A DNA stretch of 64,000 nt from Eledone cirrhosa (GCA_964016885.1 OZ024740.1:279620001-279684000); one strand, 5' to 3'. Positions 13,601 to 29,129 are shown, counted from the first letter of the stretch. Numbers and translations: made by a program. The notes: generated by a model not told the origin, from the sequence alone.

Positions 13601-16600
13601 TTTATTTGGGCGATCCATTTTTTATTTGGGTGATCCATTTTTTATTTGGGTGATCCATTTTTTATTTGGGGGATCCATTTTTTATTTGGGCGATCTATTT
13701 TTTATTTGGGTGATCCATTTTTTATTTGGGGGATCCATTTTTTATTTGGGGGATCCATTTTTTATTTGGGGGATCCATTTTTTATTTAGGGGATCCATTT
13801 TTTATTTGGGTGATCCATTTTTTATTTGGGGGATCCAGTTTTTATTTGGGTGATCCATTTTTTGTTTGGGTGATCCATTTTTATTTTTTGGATCCATTTT
13901 TTATTTGGGCGATCCATTTTTTATTTGGGGGATCCATTTTTTATTTGGGGGATCCATTTTTTATTTGGTGATCCATTTTTTATTTGGGGGATCCATTTTT
14001 TATTTGGGTGATCCATTTTTTATTTGGGTGATCCATTTTTTATTTTGGGTATCCATTTTTAATTTGGGTGATCCATTTTTTATTTGGGTGATCCATTTTT
14101 TATTTGGGTGATCCATTTTTTATTTGGGTGATCCATTTTTTATTTGGGGGATCCATTTTTTATTTGGGTGATCCATTTTTTATTTAGGGGATCCATTTTT
14201 TATTTGGGCCATCCATTTTTTATTTGGGGGATCCATTTTTTATTTGGTGGATCCATTTATTATTTGGGGGATCCATTTTTTATTTGGGGGATCCATTTTT
14301 TATTTTGGGGATCCATTTTATATTTGGGTGATCCATTTTTTATTTGGGTGATCCATTTTTTATTTGGGGGATCCATTTTTTATTTGGGTGATCCATTTTT
14401 TATTTGGGGGATCCATTTTTTATTTCGGTGATCCATTTTTTATTTGGGGGATCCATTTTTTATTTGGGGGTTCCATTTTTTATTTGGGGGATCCATCAAA
14501 CAAAAAATGGATCACCCAAATAAAAAGTGGATCACCTAAATAAAAAATGGATCACCCAAATAAAAAATGGATCCACCAAATAAAAAATGGATCCCCCAAA
14601 TAAAAAATAGATCACACAAATAAAAAATGGATCCCCCAATTAAAAAATGGATCACCCAAATAAAAAATGGATCACCCAAATAAAAAATGGATAACCCAAA
14701 TAAAAAATGGATCCCCCAAATAAAAAATGGATCACCCAAATAAAAAAGGGATCACCCAAATAAAAAAGGGATCCATTTTTTATTTGGGTGATCCATTTTT
14801 TATTTGGGGGATCCATTTTTTATTTGGCTTATCCATTTTTTATTTGGGTGATCCATTTTTTATTTGGGTGATCCATTTTTTATTTGGGTGATTCATTTTT
14901 TATTTGGGTGATCCATTTTTAATTTTTGGGATCCATTTTTTATTTGGTGGATCCATTTTTTATTTGGGTGATCCATTTTTTATTTGGGTGATCCATTTTT
15001 TATTTGGGTGATCCATTTTTTATTTGATGGATCCCCAAATAAAAAATGGAACCCCCAAATAAAAAATGGATCCCCCAAATAAAAAATGGATCACCCAAAT
15101 AAAAAATGGATCCCCCAAATAAAAAATGGATCCCCCAAATAAAAAATGAATCCCAGAAATAAAAAATGGATCCCCCAAATAAAAAAGGGATCCATTTTTT
15201 ATTTGGGGGATCCATTTTTTATTTGGGGGATCCATTTTTTATTTAGGGGATCCATTTTTTATTTGGGTGATCCATTTTTTATTTGGGGGATCCAGTTTTT
15301 ATTTGGGTGATCCATTTTTTGTTTGGGTGATCCATTTTTATTTTTTGGATCCATTTTTTATTTGGGCGATCCATTTTTTATTTGGGGGATCCATTTTTTA
15401 TTTGGGGGATCCATTTTTTATTTGGGTGATCCATTTTTTATTTGGGTGATCCATTTTTTATTTGGGTGATCCATTTTTTATTTGGGTGATCCATTTTTTA
15501 TTTGGGGGATCCATTTTTTATTTGGGTGATCCATTTTTTATTTGGGGGATCCATTTTTTATTTGGGGGATCCATTTTTTATTTGGTGGATCCATTTTTTA
15601 TTTGGGGGATCCATTTTTTATTTGGGGGATCCATTTTTTGGGGGGGATCCATTTTATATTTGGGTGATCCATTTTTTATTTGGGTGATCCATTTTTTATT
15701 TGGGGGATCCATTTTTTATTTGGGTGATCCATTTTTTATTTGGGCGATCCATTTTTTATTTGGGTGATCCAATTTTTTATTTGGGTGATCCATTTTTTAT
15801 TTGGGGGATCAATTTTTTATTTGGATGATCCATTTTTTATTTGGGTGATCCATTTTTTATTTGGTGATCCATTTTTTATTTGGGGGATCCATTTTTTATT
15901 TGGGTGATCCATTTTTTATTTGGGTGATCCATTTTTTATTTTGGGTATCCATTTTTAATTTGGGTGATCCATTTTTTATTTGGGTGATCCATTTTTTATT
16001 TGGGTGATCCATTTTTTATTTGGGTGATCCATTTTTTATTTGGGGGATCCATTTTTTATTTGGGTGATCCATTTTTTATTTAGGGGATCCATTTTTTATT
16101 TGGGCCATCCATTTTTTATTTGGGGGATCCATTTTTTATTTGGTGGATCCATTTATTATTTGGGGGATCCATTTTTTATTTGGGGGATCCATTTTTTATT
16201 TTGGGGATCCATTTTATATTTGGGTGATCCATTTTTTATTTGGGTGATCCATTTTTTATTTGGGGGATCCATTTTTTATTTGGGTGATCCATTTTTTATT
16301 TGGGGGATCCATTTTTTATTTCGGTGATCCATTTTTTATTTGGGGGATCCATTTTTTATTTGGGGGTTCCATTTTTTATTTGGGGGATCCATCAAACAAA
16401 AAATGGATCACCCAAATAAAAAGTGGATCACCTAAATAAAAAATGGATCACCCAAATAAAAAATGGATCCACCAAATAAAAAATGGATCCCCCAAATAAA
16501 AAATAGATCACACAAATAAAAAATGGATCCCCCAATTAAAAAATGGATCACCCAAATAAAAAATGGATCACCCAAATAAAAAATGGATAACCCAAATAAA

Positions 16601-18955
16601 AAATGGATCCCCCAAATAAAAAATGGATCACCCAAATAAAAAATGGATCCCCCAAATAAAAAAGGGATCCATTTTTTATTTGGGTGATCCATTTTTTATT
16701 TGGGGGATCCATTTTTTATTTGGCTTATCCATTTTTTATTTGGGTGATCCATTTTTTATTTGGGTGATCCATTTTTTATTTGGGTGATTCATTTTTTATT
16801 TGGGTGATCCATTTTTAATTTTTGGGATCCATTTTTTATTTGGTGGATCCATTTTTTATTTGGGTGATCCATTTTTTATTTGGGTGATCCATTTTTTATT
16901 TGGGTGATCCATTTTTTATTTGATGGATCCCCAAATAAAAAATGGAACCCCCAAATAAAAAATGGATCCCCCAAATAAAAAATGGATCACCCAAATAAAA
17001 AATGGATCCCCCAAATAAAAAATGGATCCCCCAAATAAAAAATGAATCCCTGAAATAAAAAATGGATCCCCCAAATAAAAAAGGGATCCATTTTTTATTT
17101 GGGTGATCCATTTTTTATTTGGGGGGATCCGTTTTTTATTTGGGCGATCCATTTTTTATTTGGGTGATCCATTTTTTATTTGGGTGATCCATTTTTTATT
17201 TGGGGGATCCATTTTTTATTTGGGCGATCTATTTTTTATTTGGGTGATCCATTTTTTATTTGGGGGATCCATTTTTTATTTGGGGGATCCATTTTTTATT
17301 TGGGGGATCCATTTTTTATTTAGGGGATCCATTTTTTATTTGGGTGATCCATTTTTTATTTGGGGGATCCAGTTTTTATTTGGGTGATCCATTTTTTGTT
17401 TGGGTGATCCATTTTTATTTTTTGGATCCATTTTTTATTTGGGCGATCCATTTTTTATTTGGGGGATCCATTTTTTATTTGGGGGATCCATTTTTTATTT
17501 GGTGATCCATTTTTTATTTGGGGGATCCATTTTTTATTTGGGTGATCCATTTTTTATTTGGGTGATCCATTTTTTATTTTGGGTATCCATTTTTAATTTG
17601 GGTGATCCATTTTTTATTTGGGTGATCCATTTTTTATTTGGGTGATCCATTTTTTATTTGGGTGATCCATTTTTTATTTGGGGGATCCATTTTTTATTTG
17701 GGTGATCCATTTTTTATTTAGGGGATCCATTTTTTATTTGGGCCATCCATTTTTTATTTGGGGGATCCATTTTTTATTTGGTGGATCCATTTATTATTTG
17801 GGGGATCCATTTTTTATTTGGGGGATCCATTTTTTATTTTGGGGATCCATTTTATATTTGGGTGATCCATTTTTTATTTGGGTGATCCATTTTTTATTTG
17901 GGGGATCCATTTTTTATTTGGGTGATCCATTTTTTATTTGGGGGATCCATTTTTTATTTCGGTGATCCATTTTTTATTTGGGGGATCCATTTTTTATTTG
18001 GGGGTTCCATTTTTTATTTGGGGGATCCATCAAACAAAAAATGGATCACCCAAATAAAAAGTGGATCACCTAAATAAAAAATGGATCACCCAAATAAAAA
18101 ATGGATCCACCAAATAAAAAATGGATCCCCCAAATAAAAAATAGATCACACAAATAAAAAATGGATCCCCCAATTAAAAAATGGATCACCCAAATAAAAA
18201 ATGGATCACCCAAATAAAAAATGGATAACCCAAATAAAAAATGGATCCCCCAAATAAAAAATGGATCACCCAAATAAAAAAGGGATCACCCAAATAAAAA
18301 AGGGATCCATTTTTTATTTGGGTGATCCATTTTTTATTTGGGGGATCCATTTTTTATTTGGCTTATCCATTTTTTATTTGGGTGATCCATTTTTTATTTG
18401 GGTGATCCATTTTTTATTTGGGTGATTCATTTTTTATTTGGGTGATCCATTTTTAATTTTTGGGATCCATTTTTTATTTGGTGGATCCATTTTTTATTTG
18501 GGTGATCCATTTTTTATTTGGGTGATCCATTTTTTATTTGGGTGATCCATTTTTTATTTGATGGATCCCCAAATAAAAAATGGAACCCCCAAATAAAAAA
18601 TGGATCCCCCAAATAAAAAATGGATCACCCAAATAAAAAATGGATCCCCCAAATAAAAAATGGATCCCCCAAATAAAAAATGAATCCCAGAAATAAAAAA
18701 TGGATCCCCCAAATAAAAAAGGGATCCATTTTTTATTTGGGGGATCCATTTTTTATTTGGGGGATCCATTTTTTATTTAGGGGATCCATTTTTTATTTGG
18801 GTGATCCATTTTTTATTTGGGGGATCCAGTTTTTATTTGGGTGATCCATTTTTTGTTTGGGTGATCCATTTTTATTTTTTGGATCCATTTTTTATTTGGG
18901 CGATCCATTTTTTATTTGGGGGATCCATTTTTTATTTGGGGGATCCATTTTTTAT
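7640..18955. repeat. Higher-order repeat, three copies of a ~3.5-kb unit (~7640-11130, ~11900-15420, ~15430-18955), each a dimer of ~1.6-1.9 kb subunits
   Basis: ORF offsets are ~4290 (9279/13569, 10977/15267) and exactly 3534 (11928/15462, 12506/16040, 14144/17678, 15267/18801). The subunit marker TTTGGGCCATCC lies at ~8297, 9914, 12567, 14204, 16100 and 17737. Confidence 0.92.
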
Positions 18956-19959
18956 TTGGGGGATCCATTTTTTATTTGGGTGATCAATTTTTTATTTGGT
19001 GATCCATTTTGTATTTGGGGGATCCATTTTTTATTTGGGTGATCCATTTTTTATTTGGGGGATCCATTTTTTATTTGGGTGATCCATTTTTTATTTGGTG
19101 ATCCATTTTGTATTTGGGGGATCCATTTTTTATTTGGGTGATCCATTTTTTATTTGGGTGATCCATTTTTTATTTGAGGGATCCATTTTTTATTTGGGGG
19201 ATCCATTTTTTATTTGGGGGATCCATTTTTTATTTGATGGATCTCCCAAATAAAAAATACATCACCCAAATAAAAAATGGATCCCCCAAATAAAAAATGG
19301 ATCACCCAAATAAAAAATGGATCCCCCAAATAAAAAATGGATCACACAAATAAAAAATGGATCACCCAAATAAAAAATGAATCACCCAAATATAAAATAG
19401 ATCACCCAAATAAAAAATGGATCCCCCAAATAAAAAATGGATCCCTTTTTTATTTGGCGGATCCATTTTTTATTTGGGGGATCCATTATCTATTTGAGTG
19501 ATCCATTTTTTATTTGTGGGATCCATTTTTTATTTGGGTGATCCATTTTTTATTTGGGGGATCCATTTTTTATTTGGGTGATCCATTTTTTATTTGGTGA
19601 TCCATTTTTTATTTGGGGGATCCATTTTTTATTTGGGTGATCCATTTTTTATTTGGGTGATCCATTTTTTATTTGAGGGATCCATTTTTTATTTGGGGGA
19701 TCCATTTTTTATTTGATGGATCTCCCAAATAAAAAATAGATCACCCAAATAAAAAATGGATCCCCCAAATAAAAAATGGATCACCCACATAGAAACTGGA
19801 TCCCCCAAATAGAAAATGGATCCCCCCAAATAAAAAATGGATCCCCCAAATAAAAAATGGATCCCCCAAATAAAAAATGGATCCCCCAAATAAAAAATGG
19901 ATCCCCTAAATAAAAAATGGATCACCCAAATAAAAAATGGATCACCCAAATAAAAAATG

Positions 19960-22900
19960 GATCACCCAAATAAAAAATGGATCGCCCAAATAAAAAATGG
20001 ATCCAAAAAATAAAAAATGGATCACCCAAATAAAAAATGGATCGCCCAAATAAAAAATGGATCACCCAAATAAAAAATGGATCACCCAAATAAAAAATGG
20101 ACCCCCAAATAAAAAATGGACCACCCAAATAAAAAATGGATCACCCAAATAAAAAATGGATCCCCGAAATAAAAAATGGATCCGCCAAATAAAAAAATGG
20201 ATCCATTTTTTATTTGGGTGATCCATTTTTTATTTAGGGTGATCCGTTTTTTATTTGGGTGATCCATTTTTTATTTGGGTGATTCCTTTTTTATTTGGGT
20301 GATCCATTTTTCATTTGGGTGATCCATTTTTATTTGAGTGATCCATTCTTTATTTGAGGGATCCATTTTTTATTTGGGTGATCCATTTTTTATTTGGGGG
20401 ATCCATTTTTTATTTGGGCGATCCATTTTTTATTTGGGTGATCCATTTTTTATTTGGGTGATCAATTTTTTATTTGGGTGATCCATTTTTTATTTGGGGG
20501 ATCCATTTTTTATTTTGGGGATCCATTTTTTATTTGGGTGATCCATTTTTTATTTGGGGGATCCATTTTTTTATTTGGGTGATCCATTTTTTATTTGGGT
20601 GATCCATTTTTTATTTGGGTGATCCATTTTTTATTTGAGGGATCCATTTTTTTTTGGGATCCATTTTTCATTTGGGGGATCCATTTTTTATTTGGGTGAT
20701 CCATTTTTTATTTGGGTGATCCATTCTTTATTTGGGGTATCCATTTTTTATTTCGGGTTTCCATTTTTTATTTGGGGGATCCATCAAATAAAAAATGGAT
20801 CACCCAAATAAAAAATGGATCATCCAAATAAAAACTGGATCCCCCAAATAAAAAATGGATCACCCAAATAAAAAATGGATAATCGAAATAAAAAATGGAT
20901 CCCCCCAAATAAAAAATGGATCACCCAGATAAAAAATGGATCCCTTTTTTATTTAGCGGATCCATTTTTTATTTCGGGGATCCATTCTTTATTTGGGGGA
21001 TCCATTTTTTATTTGGGTGATCCATTTTTCATGTGGGTGATCCATTTTTTATTTGGGGGATCCATTTTTTATTTGGGTGATCCATTTTTTATTTGGGGGA
21101 TCCATTTTTTATTTCGGTGATCCATTTTTTATTTGGGTGATCCATTTTTTATTTGGGGTTCCATTTTTTATTTGGGTGATCTATTTTTTATTTGTTGGAT
21201 CCATTTTTTATTTGGGGGATCCATTTTTTATTTGGGTGATCCATTTTTTATTTGGGTGATCCATTCTTTATTTGGGGGATCAATTTTTTATTTGGGTGAT
21301 CCATTTTTTATTTGGGTGATCCATTTTTTATTTGGTGATCCATTTTTTATTTGGGGGATCCATTTTTTATTTGGGTGATCCATTTTTTATTTGGGTGATC
21401 CCTTTTTATTTGGGGTATCCATATTTAATTTGGGTGATCCATTTTTTATTTGGGTGATCCATTTTTTATTTGGGTGATCCATTTTTTATTTGGGTGATCC
21501 ATTTTTTACTTGGGGGATCCATTTTTTATTTGGGTGATCCATTTTTTATTTGGGGGATCCATTTTTTATTTGGGGGATCCATTTTTTATTTGGTGGATCC
21601 ATTTTTTATTTGGGGGATCCATTTTTTATTTGGGGGATCATATTTTGGGGGGGATCCATTTTATATTTGGGGGATCCATTTTTTATTTGTGTGATCCATT
21701 TTTTATTTGGGGGATCAATTTTTTATTTGAGGGATCCATTTTTTATTTGGGGGATCCATTTTTTATTTGATGGATCTCCCAAATAAAAAATAGATCACAC
21801 AAATAAAAAATGGATCCCCCAAATAAAAAATGGATCACCCAAATAAAAACTGGATCCCCCAAATAAAAAATGGATACCCCCAAATAAAAAATGGATCCCC
21901 CAAATAAAAAATGAATCCCCCAAATAAAAAATGGATCCCCTAAATAAAAAATGGATCACCCAAATAAAAAATGGATCACCCAAATAAAAAATGGATCACC
22001 CAAATAAAAAATAGATCGCCCAAATAAAAAATGGATCCAAAAAATAAAAAATGGATCACCCAAATAAAAAATGGATCACCCCCCCCCAAAAAATCGATCC
22101 CCAAATAAAAAATGGATCACCCAAATAAAAAATGGATTACCCAAATAAAAAATGGATCCCCCAAATAAAAAATGGATCACCCAAATAAAAAATGGATCCC
22201 CCAAATAAAAAATGGATCCCCCAAATAAAACATGGATCCTCCCCAATAAAATATGGATCACCCCCCCAAAAAATGGATCACCCAAATAAAAAATGGATCA
22301 CCCAAATAAAAAATGGATCGCCCAAATAAAAAATGGATCAAAAAAATAAAAAATGGATCACCCAAATAAAAAATGGATCGCCCAAATAAAAAATGGATCA
22401 CCCAAATAAAAAATGGATCACCCAAATAAAAAATGGACCCCCAAATAAAAAATGGACCACCCAAATAAAAAATAGATCACCCAAATAAAAAATGGATCCC
22501 CGAAATAAAAAATGGATCCGCCAAATAAAAAAATGGATCCATTTTTTATTTGGGTGATCCATTTTTTATTTAGGGTGATCCGTTTTTTATTTGGGTGATC
22601 CATTTTTTATTTGGGTGATTCCTTTTTTATTTGGGTGATCCATTTTTCATTTGGGTGATCCATTTTTATTTGAGTGATCCATTCTTTATTTGAGGGATCC
22701 ATTTTTTATTTGGGTGATCCATTTTTTATTTGGGGGATCCATTTTTTATTTGGGCGATCCATTTTTTATTTGGGTGATCCATTTTTTATTTGGGGGATCC
22801 ATTTTTTATTTTGGGGATCCATTTTTTATTTGGGTGATCCATTTTTTATTTGGGGGATCCATTTTTTTATTTGGGTGATCCATTTTTTATTTGGGTGATC

Positions 22901-25900
22901 CATTTTTTATTTGGGTGATCCATTTTTTATTTGAGGGATCCATTTTTTTTTTGGATCCATTTTTCATTTGGGGGATCCATTTTTTATTTGGGTGATCCAT
23001 TTTTTATTTGGGTGATCCATTCTTTATTTGGGGTATCCATTTTTTATTTCGGGGTTCCATTTTTTATTTGGGGGATCCATCAAATAAAAAATGGATCACC
23101 CAAATAAAAAATGGATCATCCAAATAAAAACTGGATCCCCCAAATAAAAAATGGATCACCCAAATAAAAAATGGATAATCGAAATAAAAAATGGATCCCC
23201 CCAAATAAAAAATGGATCACCCAGATAAAAAATGGATCCCTTTTTTATTTAGCGGATCCATTTTTTATTTCGGGGATCCATTCTTTATTTGGGGGATCCA
23301 TTTTTTATTTGGGTGATCCATTTTTCATTTGGGTGATCCATTTTTTATTTGGGGGATCCATTTTTTATTTGGGTGATCCATTTTTTATTTGGGGGATCCA
23401 TTTTTTATTTCGGTGATCCATTTTTTATTTGGGTGATCCATTTTTTATTTGGGGTCCCATTTTTTATTTGGGTGATCTATTTTTTATTTGTTGGATCCAT
23501 TTTTTATTTGGGGGATCCATTTTTTATTTGGGTGATCCATTTTTTATTTGGGTGATCCATTCTTTATTTGGGGGATCAATTTTTTATTTGGGTGATCCAT
23601 TTTTTATTTGGGTGATCCATTTTTTATTTGGTGATCCATTTTTTATTTGGGGGATCCATTTTTTATTTGGGTGATCCATTTTTTATTTGGGTGATCCCTT
23701 TTTATTTGGGGTATCCATATTTAATTTGGGTGATCCATTTTTTATTTGGGTGATCCATTTTTTATTTGGGTGATCCATTTTTTATTTGGGTGATCCATTT
23801 TTTACTTGGGGGATCCATTTTTTATTTGGGTGATCCATTTTTTATTTGGGGGATCCATTTTTTATTTGGGGGATCCATTTTTTATTTGGTGGATCCATTT
23901 TTTATTTGGGGGATCCATTTTTTATTTGGGGGATCATATTTGGGGGGGGGGGGATCCATTTTATATTTGGGGGATCCATTTTTTATTTGGGTGATCCATT
24001 TTTTATTTGGGGGATCAATTTTTTATTTGAGGGATCCATTTTTTATTTGGGGGATCCATTTTTTATTTGATGGATCTCCCAAATAAAAAATAGATCACCC
24101 AAATAAAAAATGGATCCCCCAAATAAAAAATGGATCACCCAAATAAAAACTGGATCCCCCAAATAAAAAATGGATCCCCCCAAATAAAAAATGGATCCCC
24201 CAAATAAAAAATGGATCCCCCAAATAAAAAATGGATCCCCTAAATAAAAAATGGATCACCCAAATAAAAAATGGATCACCCAAATAAAAAATGGACCCCC
24301 AAATAAAAAATGGACCACCCAAATAAAAAATGGATCACCCAAATAAAAAATGGATCCCCGAAATAAAAAATGGATCCGCCAAATAAAAAAATGGATCCAT
24401 TTTTTATTTGGGTGATCCATTTTTTATTTAGGGTGATCCGTTTTTTATTTGGGTGATCCATTTTTTATTTGGGTGATTCCTTTTTTATTTGGGTGATCCA
24501 TTTTTCATTTGGGTGATCCATTTTTATTTGAGTGATCCATTCTTTATTTGAGGGATCCATTTTTTATTTGGGTGATCCATTTTTTATTTGGGGGATCCAT
24601 TTTTTATTTGGGCGATCCATTTTTTATTTGGGTGATCCATTTTTTATTTGGGTGATCCATTTTTTATTTGGGTGATCCATTTTTTATTTGGTGGATCCAT
24701 TTTTTATTTTGGGGATCCATTTTTTATTTGGGTGATCCATTTTTTATTTGGGGGATCCATTTTTTTATTTGGGTGATCCATTTTTTATTTGGGTGATCCA
24801 TTTTTTATTTGGGTGATCCATTTTTTATTTGAGGGATCCATTTTTTTTTTGGATCCATTTTTCATTTGGGGGATCCATTTTTTATTTGGGTGATCCATTT
24901 TTTATTTGGGTGATCCATTCTTTATTTGGGGTATCCATTTTTTATTTCGGGTTTCCATTTTTTATTTGGGGGATCCATCAAATAAAAAATGGATCACCCA
25001 AATAAAAAATGGATCATCCAAATAAAAACTGGATCCCCCAAATAAAAAATGGATCACCCAAATAAAAAATGGATAATCGAAATAAAAAATGGATCCCCCC
25101 AAATAAAAAATGGATCACCCAGATAAAAAATGGATCCCTTTTTTATTTAGCGGATCCATTTTTTATTTCGGGGATCCATTCTTTATTTGGGGGATCCATT
25201 TTTTATTTGGGTGATCCATTTTTCATGTGGGTGATCCATTTTTTATTTGGGGGATCCATTTTTTATTTGGGTGATCCATTTTTTATTTGGGGGATCCATT
25301 TTTTATTTCGGTGATCCATTTTTTATTTGGGTGATCCATTTTTTATTTGGGATTCCATTTTTTATTTGGGTGATCTATTTTTTATTTGTTGGATCCATTT
25401 TTTATTTGGGGGATCCATTTTTTATTTGGGTGATCCATTTTTTATTTGGGTGATCCATTCTTTATTTGGGGGATCAATTTTTTATTTGGGTGATCCATTT
25501 TTTATTTGGGTGATCCATTTTTTATTTGGTGATCCATTTTTTATTTGGGGGATCCATTTTTTATTTGGGTGATCCATTTTTTATTTGGGTGATCCCTTTT
25601 TATTTGGGGTATCCATATTTAATTTGGGTGATCCATTTTTTATTTGGGTGATCCATTTTTTATTTGGGTGATCCATTTTTTATTTGGGTGATCCATTTTT
25701 TACTTGGGGGATCCATTTTTTATTTGGGTGATCCATTTTTTATTTGGGGGATCCATTTTTTATTTGGGGGATCCATTTTTTATTTGGTGGATCCATTTTT
25801 TATTTGGGGGATCCATTTTTTATTTGGGGGATCATATTTTGGGGGGGGATCCATTTTATATTTGGGGGATCCATTTTTTATTTGGGTGATCCATTTTTTA

Positions 25901-28700
25901 TTTGGGGGATCAATTTTTTATTTGAGGGATCCATTTTTTATTTGGGGGATCCATTTTTTATTTGATGGATCTCCCAAATAAAAAATAGATCACACAAATA
26001 AAAAATGGATCCCCCAAATAAAAAATGGATCACCCAAATAAAAACTGGATCCCCCAAATAAAAAATGGATACCCCCAAATAAAAAATGGATCCCCCAAAT
26101 AAAAAATGGATCCCCCAAATAAAAAATGGATCCCCTAAATAAAAAATGGATCACCCAAATAAAAAATGGATCACCCAAATAGAAAATGGATCACCCAAAT
26201 AAAAAATAGATCGCCCAAATAAAAAATGGATCCAAAAAATAAAAAATGGATCACCCAAATAAAAAATGGATCACCCCCCCCAAAAAATCGATCCCCAAAT
26301 AAAAAATGGATCACCCAAATAAAAAATGGATTACCCAAATAAAAAATGGATCCCCCAAATAAAAAATGGATCACCCAAATAAAAAATGGATCCCCCAAAT
26401 AAAAAATGGATCCCCCAAATAAAACATGGATCCTCCCCAATAAAATATGGATCACCCCCCCAAAAAATGGATCACCCAAATAAAAAATGGATCACCCAAA
26501 TAAAAAATGGATCGCCCAAATAAAAAATGGATCCAAAAAATAAAAAATGGATCACCCAAATAAAAAATGGATCGCCCAAATAAAAAATGGATCACCCAAA
26601 TAAAAAATGGATCACCCAAATAAAAAATGGACCCCCAAATAAAAAATGGACCACCCAAATAAAAAATGGATCACCCAAATAAAAAATGGATCCCCGAAAT
26701 AAAAAATGGATCCGCCAAATAAAAAAATGGATCCATTTTTTATTTGGGTGATCCATTTTTTATTTAGGGTGATCCGTTTTTTATTTGGGTGATCCATTTT
26801 TTATTTGGGTGATTCCTTTTTTATTTGGGTGATCCATTTTTCATTTGGGTGATCCATTTTTATTTGAGTGATCCATTCTTTATTTGAGGGATCCATTTTT
26901 TATTTGGGTGATCCATTTTTTATTTGGGGGATCCATTTTTTATTTGGGCGATCCATTTTTTATTTGGGTGATCCATTTTTTATTTGGGTGATCCATTTTT
27001 TATTTGGGTGATCCATTTTTTATTTGGGGGATCCATTTTTTATTTTGGGGATCCATTTTTTATTTGGGTGATCCATTTTTTATTTGGGGGATCCATTTTT
27101 TTATTTGGGTGATCCATTTTTTATTTGGGTGATCCATTTTTTATTTGGGTGATCCATTTTTTATTTGAGGGATCCATTTTTTTTTTGGATCCATTTTTCA
27201 TTTGGGGGATCCATTTTTTATTTGGGTGATCCATTTTTTATTTGGGTGATCCATTCTTTATTTGGGGTATCCATTTTTTATTTCGGGGTTCCATTTTTTA
27301 TTTGGGGGATCCATCAAATAAAAAATGGATCACCCAAATAAAAAATGGATCATCCAAATAAAAACTGGATCCCCCAAATAAAAAATGGATCATCCAAATA
27401 AAAAATGGATAATCGAAATAAAAAATGGATCCCCCCAAATAAAAAATGGATCACCCAGATAAAAAATGGATCCCTTTTTTATTTAGCGGATCCATTTTTT
27501 ATTTCGGGGATCCATTCTTTATTTGGGGGATCCATTTTTTATTTGGGTGATCCATTTTTCATTTGGGTGATCCATTTTTTATTTGGGGGATCCATTTTTT
27601 ATTTGGGTGATCCATTTTTTATTTGGGGGATCCATTTTTTATTTCGGTGATCCATTTTTTATTTGGGTGATCCATTTTTTATTTGGGGTCCCATTTTTTA
27701 TTTGGGTGATCTATTTTTTATTTGTTGGATCCATTTTTTATTTGGGGGATCCATTTTTTATTTGGGTGATCCATTTTTTATTTGGGTGATCCATTCTTTA
27801 TTTGGGGGATCAATTTTTTATTTGGGTGATCCATTTTTTATTTGGGTGATCCATTTTTTATTTGGTGATCCATTTTTTATTTGGGGGATCCATTTTTTAT
27901 TTGGGTGATCCATTTTTTATTTGGGTGATCCCTTTTTATTTGGGGTATCCATATTTAATTTGGGTGATCCATTTTTTATTTGGGTGATCCATTTTTTATT
28001 TGGGTGATCCATTTTTTATTTGGGTGATCCATTTTTTACTTGGGGGATCCATTTTTTATTTGGGTGATCCATTTTTTATTTGGGGGATCCATTTTTTATT
28101 TGGGGGATCCATTTTTTATTTGGTGGATCCATTTTTTATTTGGGGGATCCATTTTTTATTTGGGGGATCATATTTTGGGGGGGGGATCCATTTTATATTT
28201 GGGGGATCCATTTTTTATTTGGGTGATCCATTTTTTATTTGGGGGATCAATTTTTTATTTGAGGGATCCATTTTTTCATTTGGGGGATCCATTTTTTATT
28301 TGATGGATCTCCCAAATAAAAAATAGATCACCCAAATAAAAAATGGATCCCCCAAATAAAAAATGGATCACCCAAATAAAAACTGGATCCCCCAAATAAA
28401 AAATGGATCCCCCCAAATAAAAAATGGATCCCCCAAATAAAAAATGGATCCCCCAAATAAAAAATGGATCCCCTAAATAAAAAATGGATCACCCAAATAA
28501 AAAATGGATCACCCAAATAAAAAATGGATCACCCAAATAAAAAATAGATCGCCCAAATAAAAAATGGATCCAAAAAATAAAAAATGGATCACCCAAATAA
28601 AAAATGGATCACCCCCCCAAAAAAATCGATCCCCAAATAAAAAATGGATCACCCAAATAAAAAATGGATTACCCAAATAAAAAATGGATCACCCAAATAA
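19960..28700. repeat. Higher-order repeat, four ~1.9-2.3 kb subunits arranged as two ~4.2-kb dimers
   Basis: The marker GGATAATCGAAAT ('MDNRNKK' ORF) occurs at 20875, 23171, 25069 and 27405. Offsets are 4194 (1st/3rd) and 4234 (2nd/4th). Confidence 0.88.
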
Positions 28701-28972
28701 AAAATGGATCCCCCAAATAAAAAATGGATCCCCCAAATAAAACATGGATCCTCCCCAATAAAATATGGATCACCCCCCCAAAAAATGGATCACCCAAATA
28801 AAAAATGGATCACCCAAATAAAAAATGGATCCCCCAAATAAAAAATGGATCACCCAAATAAAGAATGGATCACCCAAATAAAAAATGGACCCCCAAATAA
28901 AAAATGGATCACCCAAATAAAAAATGGATCACCCAAATAAAAAATGGATCCCCGAAATAAAAAATGGATCCG

Positions 28973-29004
28973 CCAAATAAAAAATGGATCCATTTTTTAT
29001 TTGG
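28973..29004. other. Perfect 32-bp palindrome CCAAATAAAAAATGGA|TCCATTTTTTATTTGG at a head-to-head junction (also 32627-32658, 38933-38964, 45580-45611, 49558-49589, 53818-53849)
   Basis: Read directly from the sequence. Copies with one extra A are centred at ~20201, 22537, 24395, 26731 and 30606. Confidence 0.92.
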
Positions 29005-29129
29005 GGGGATCCGTTTTTTATTTGGGCGATGCATTTTTTATTTGGGTGATCCATTTTTTATTTGGGTGATCCATTTTTTATTTGGGGGATCCATTTTTTA
29101 TTTGGGCGATCCATTTTTTATTTGGGTGA

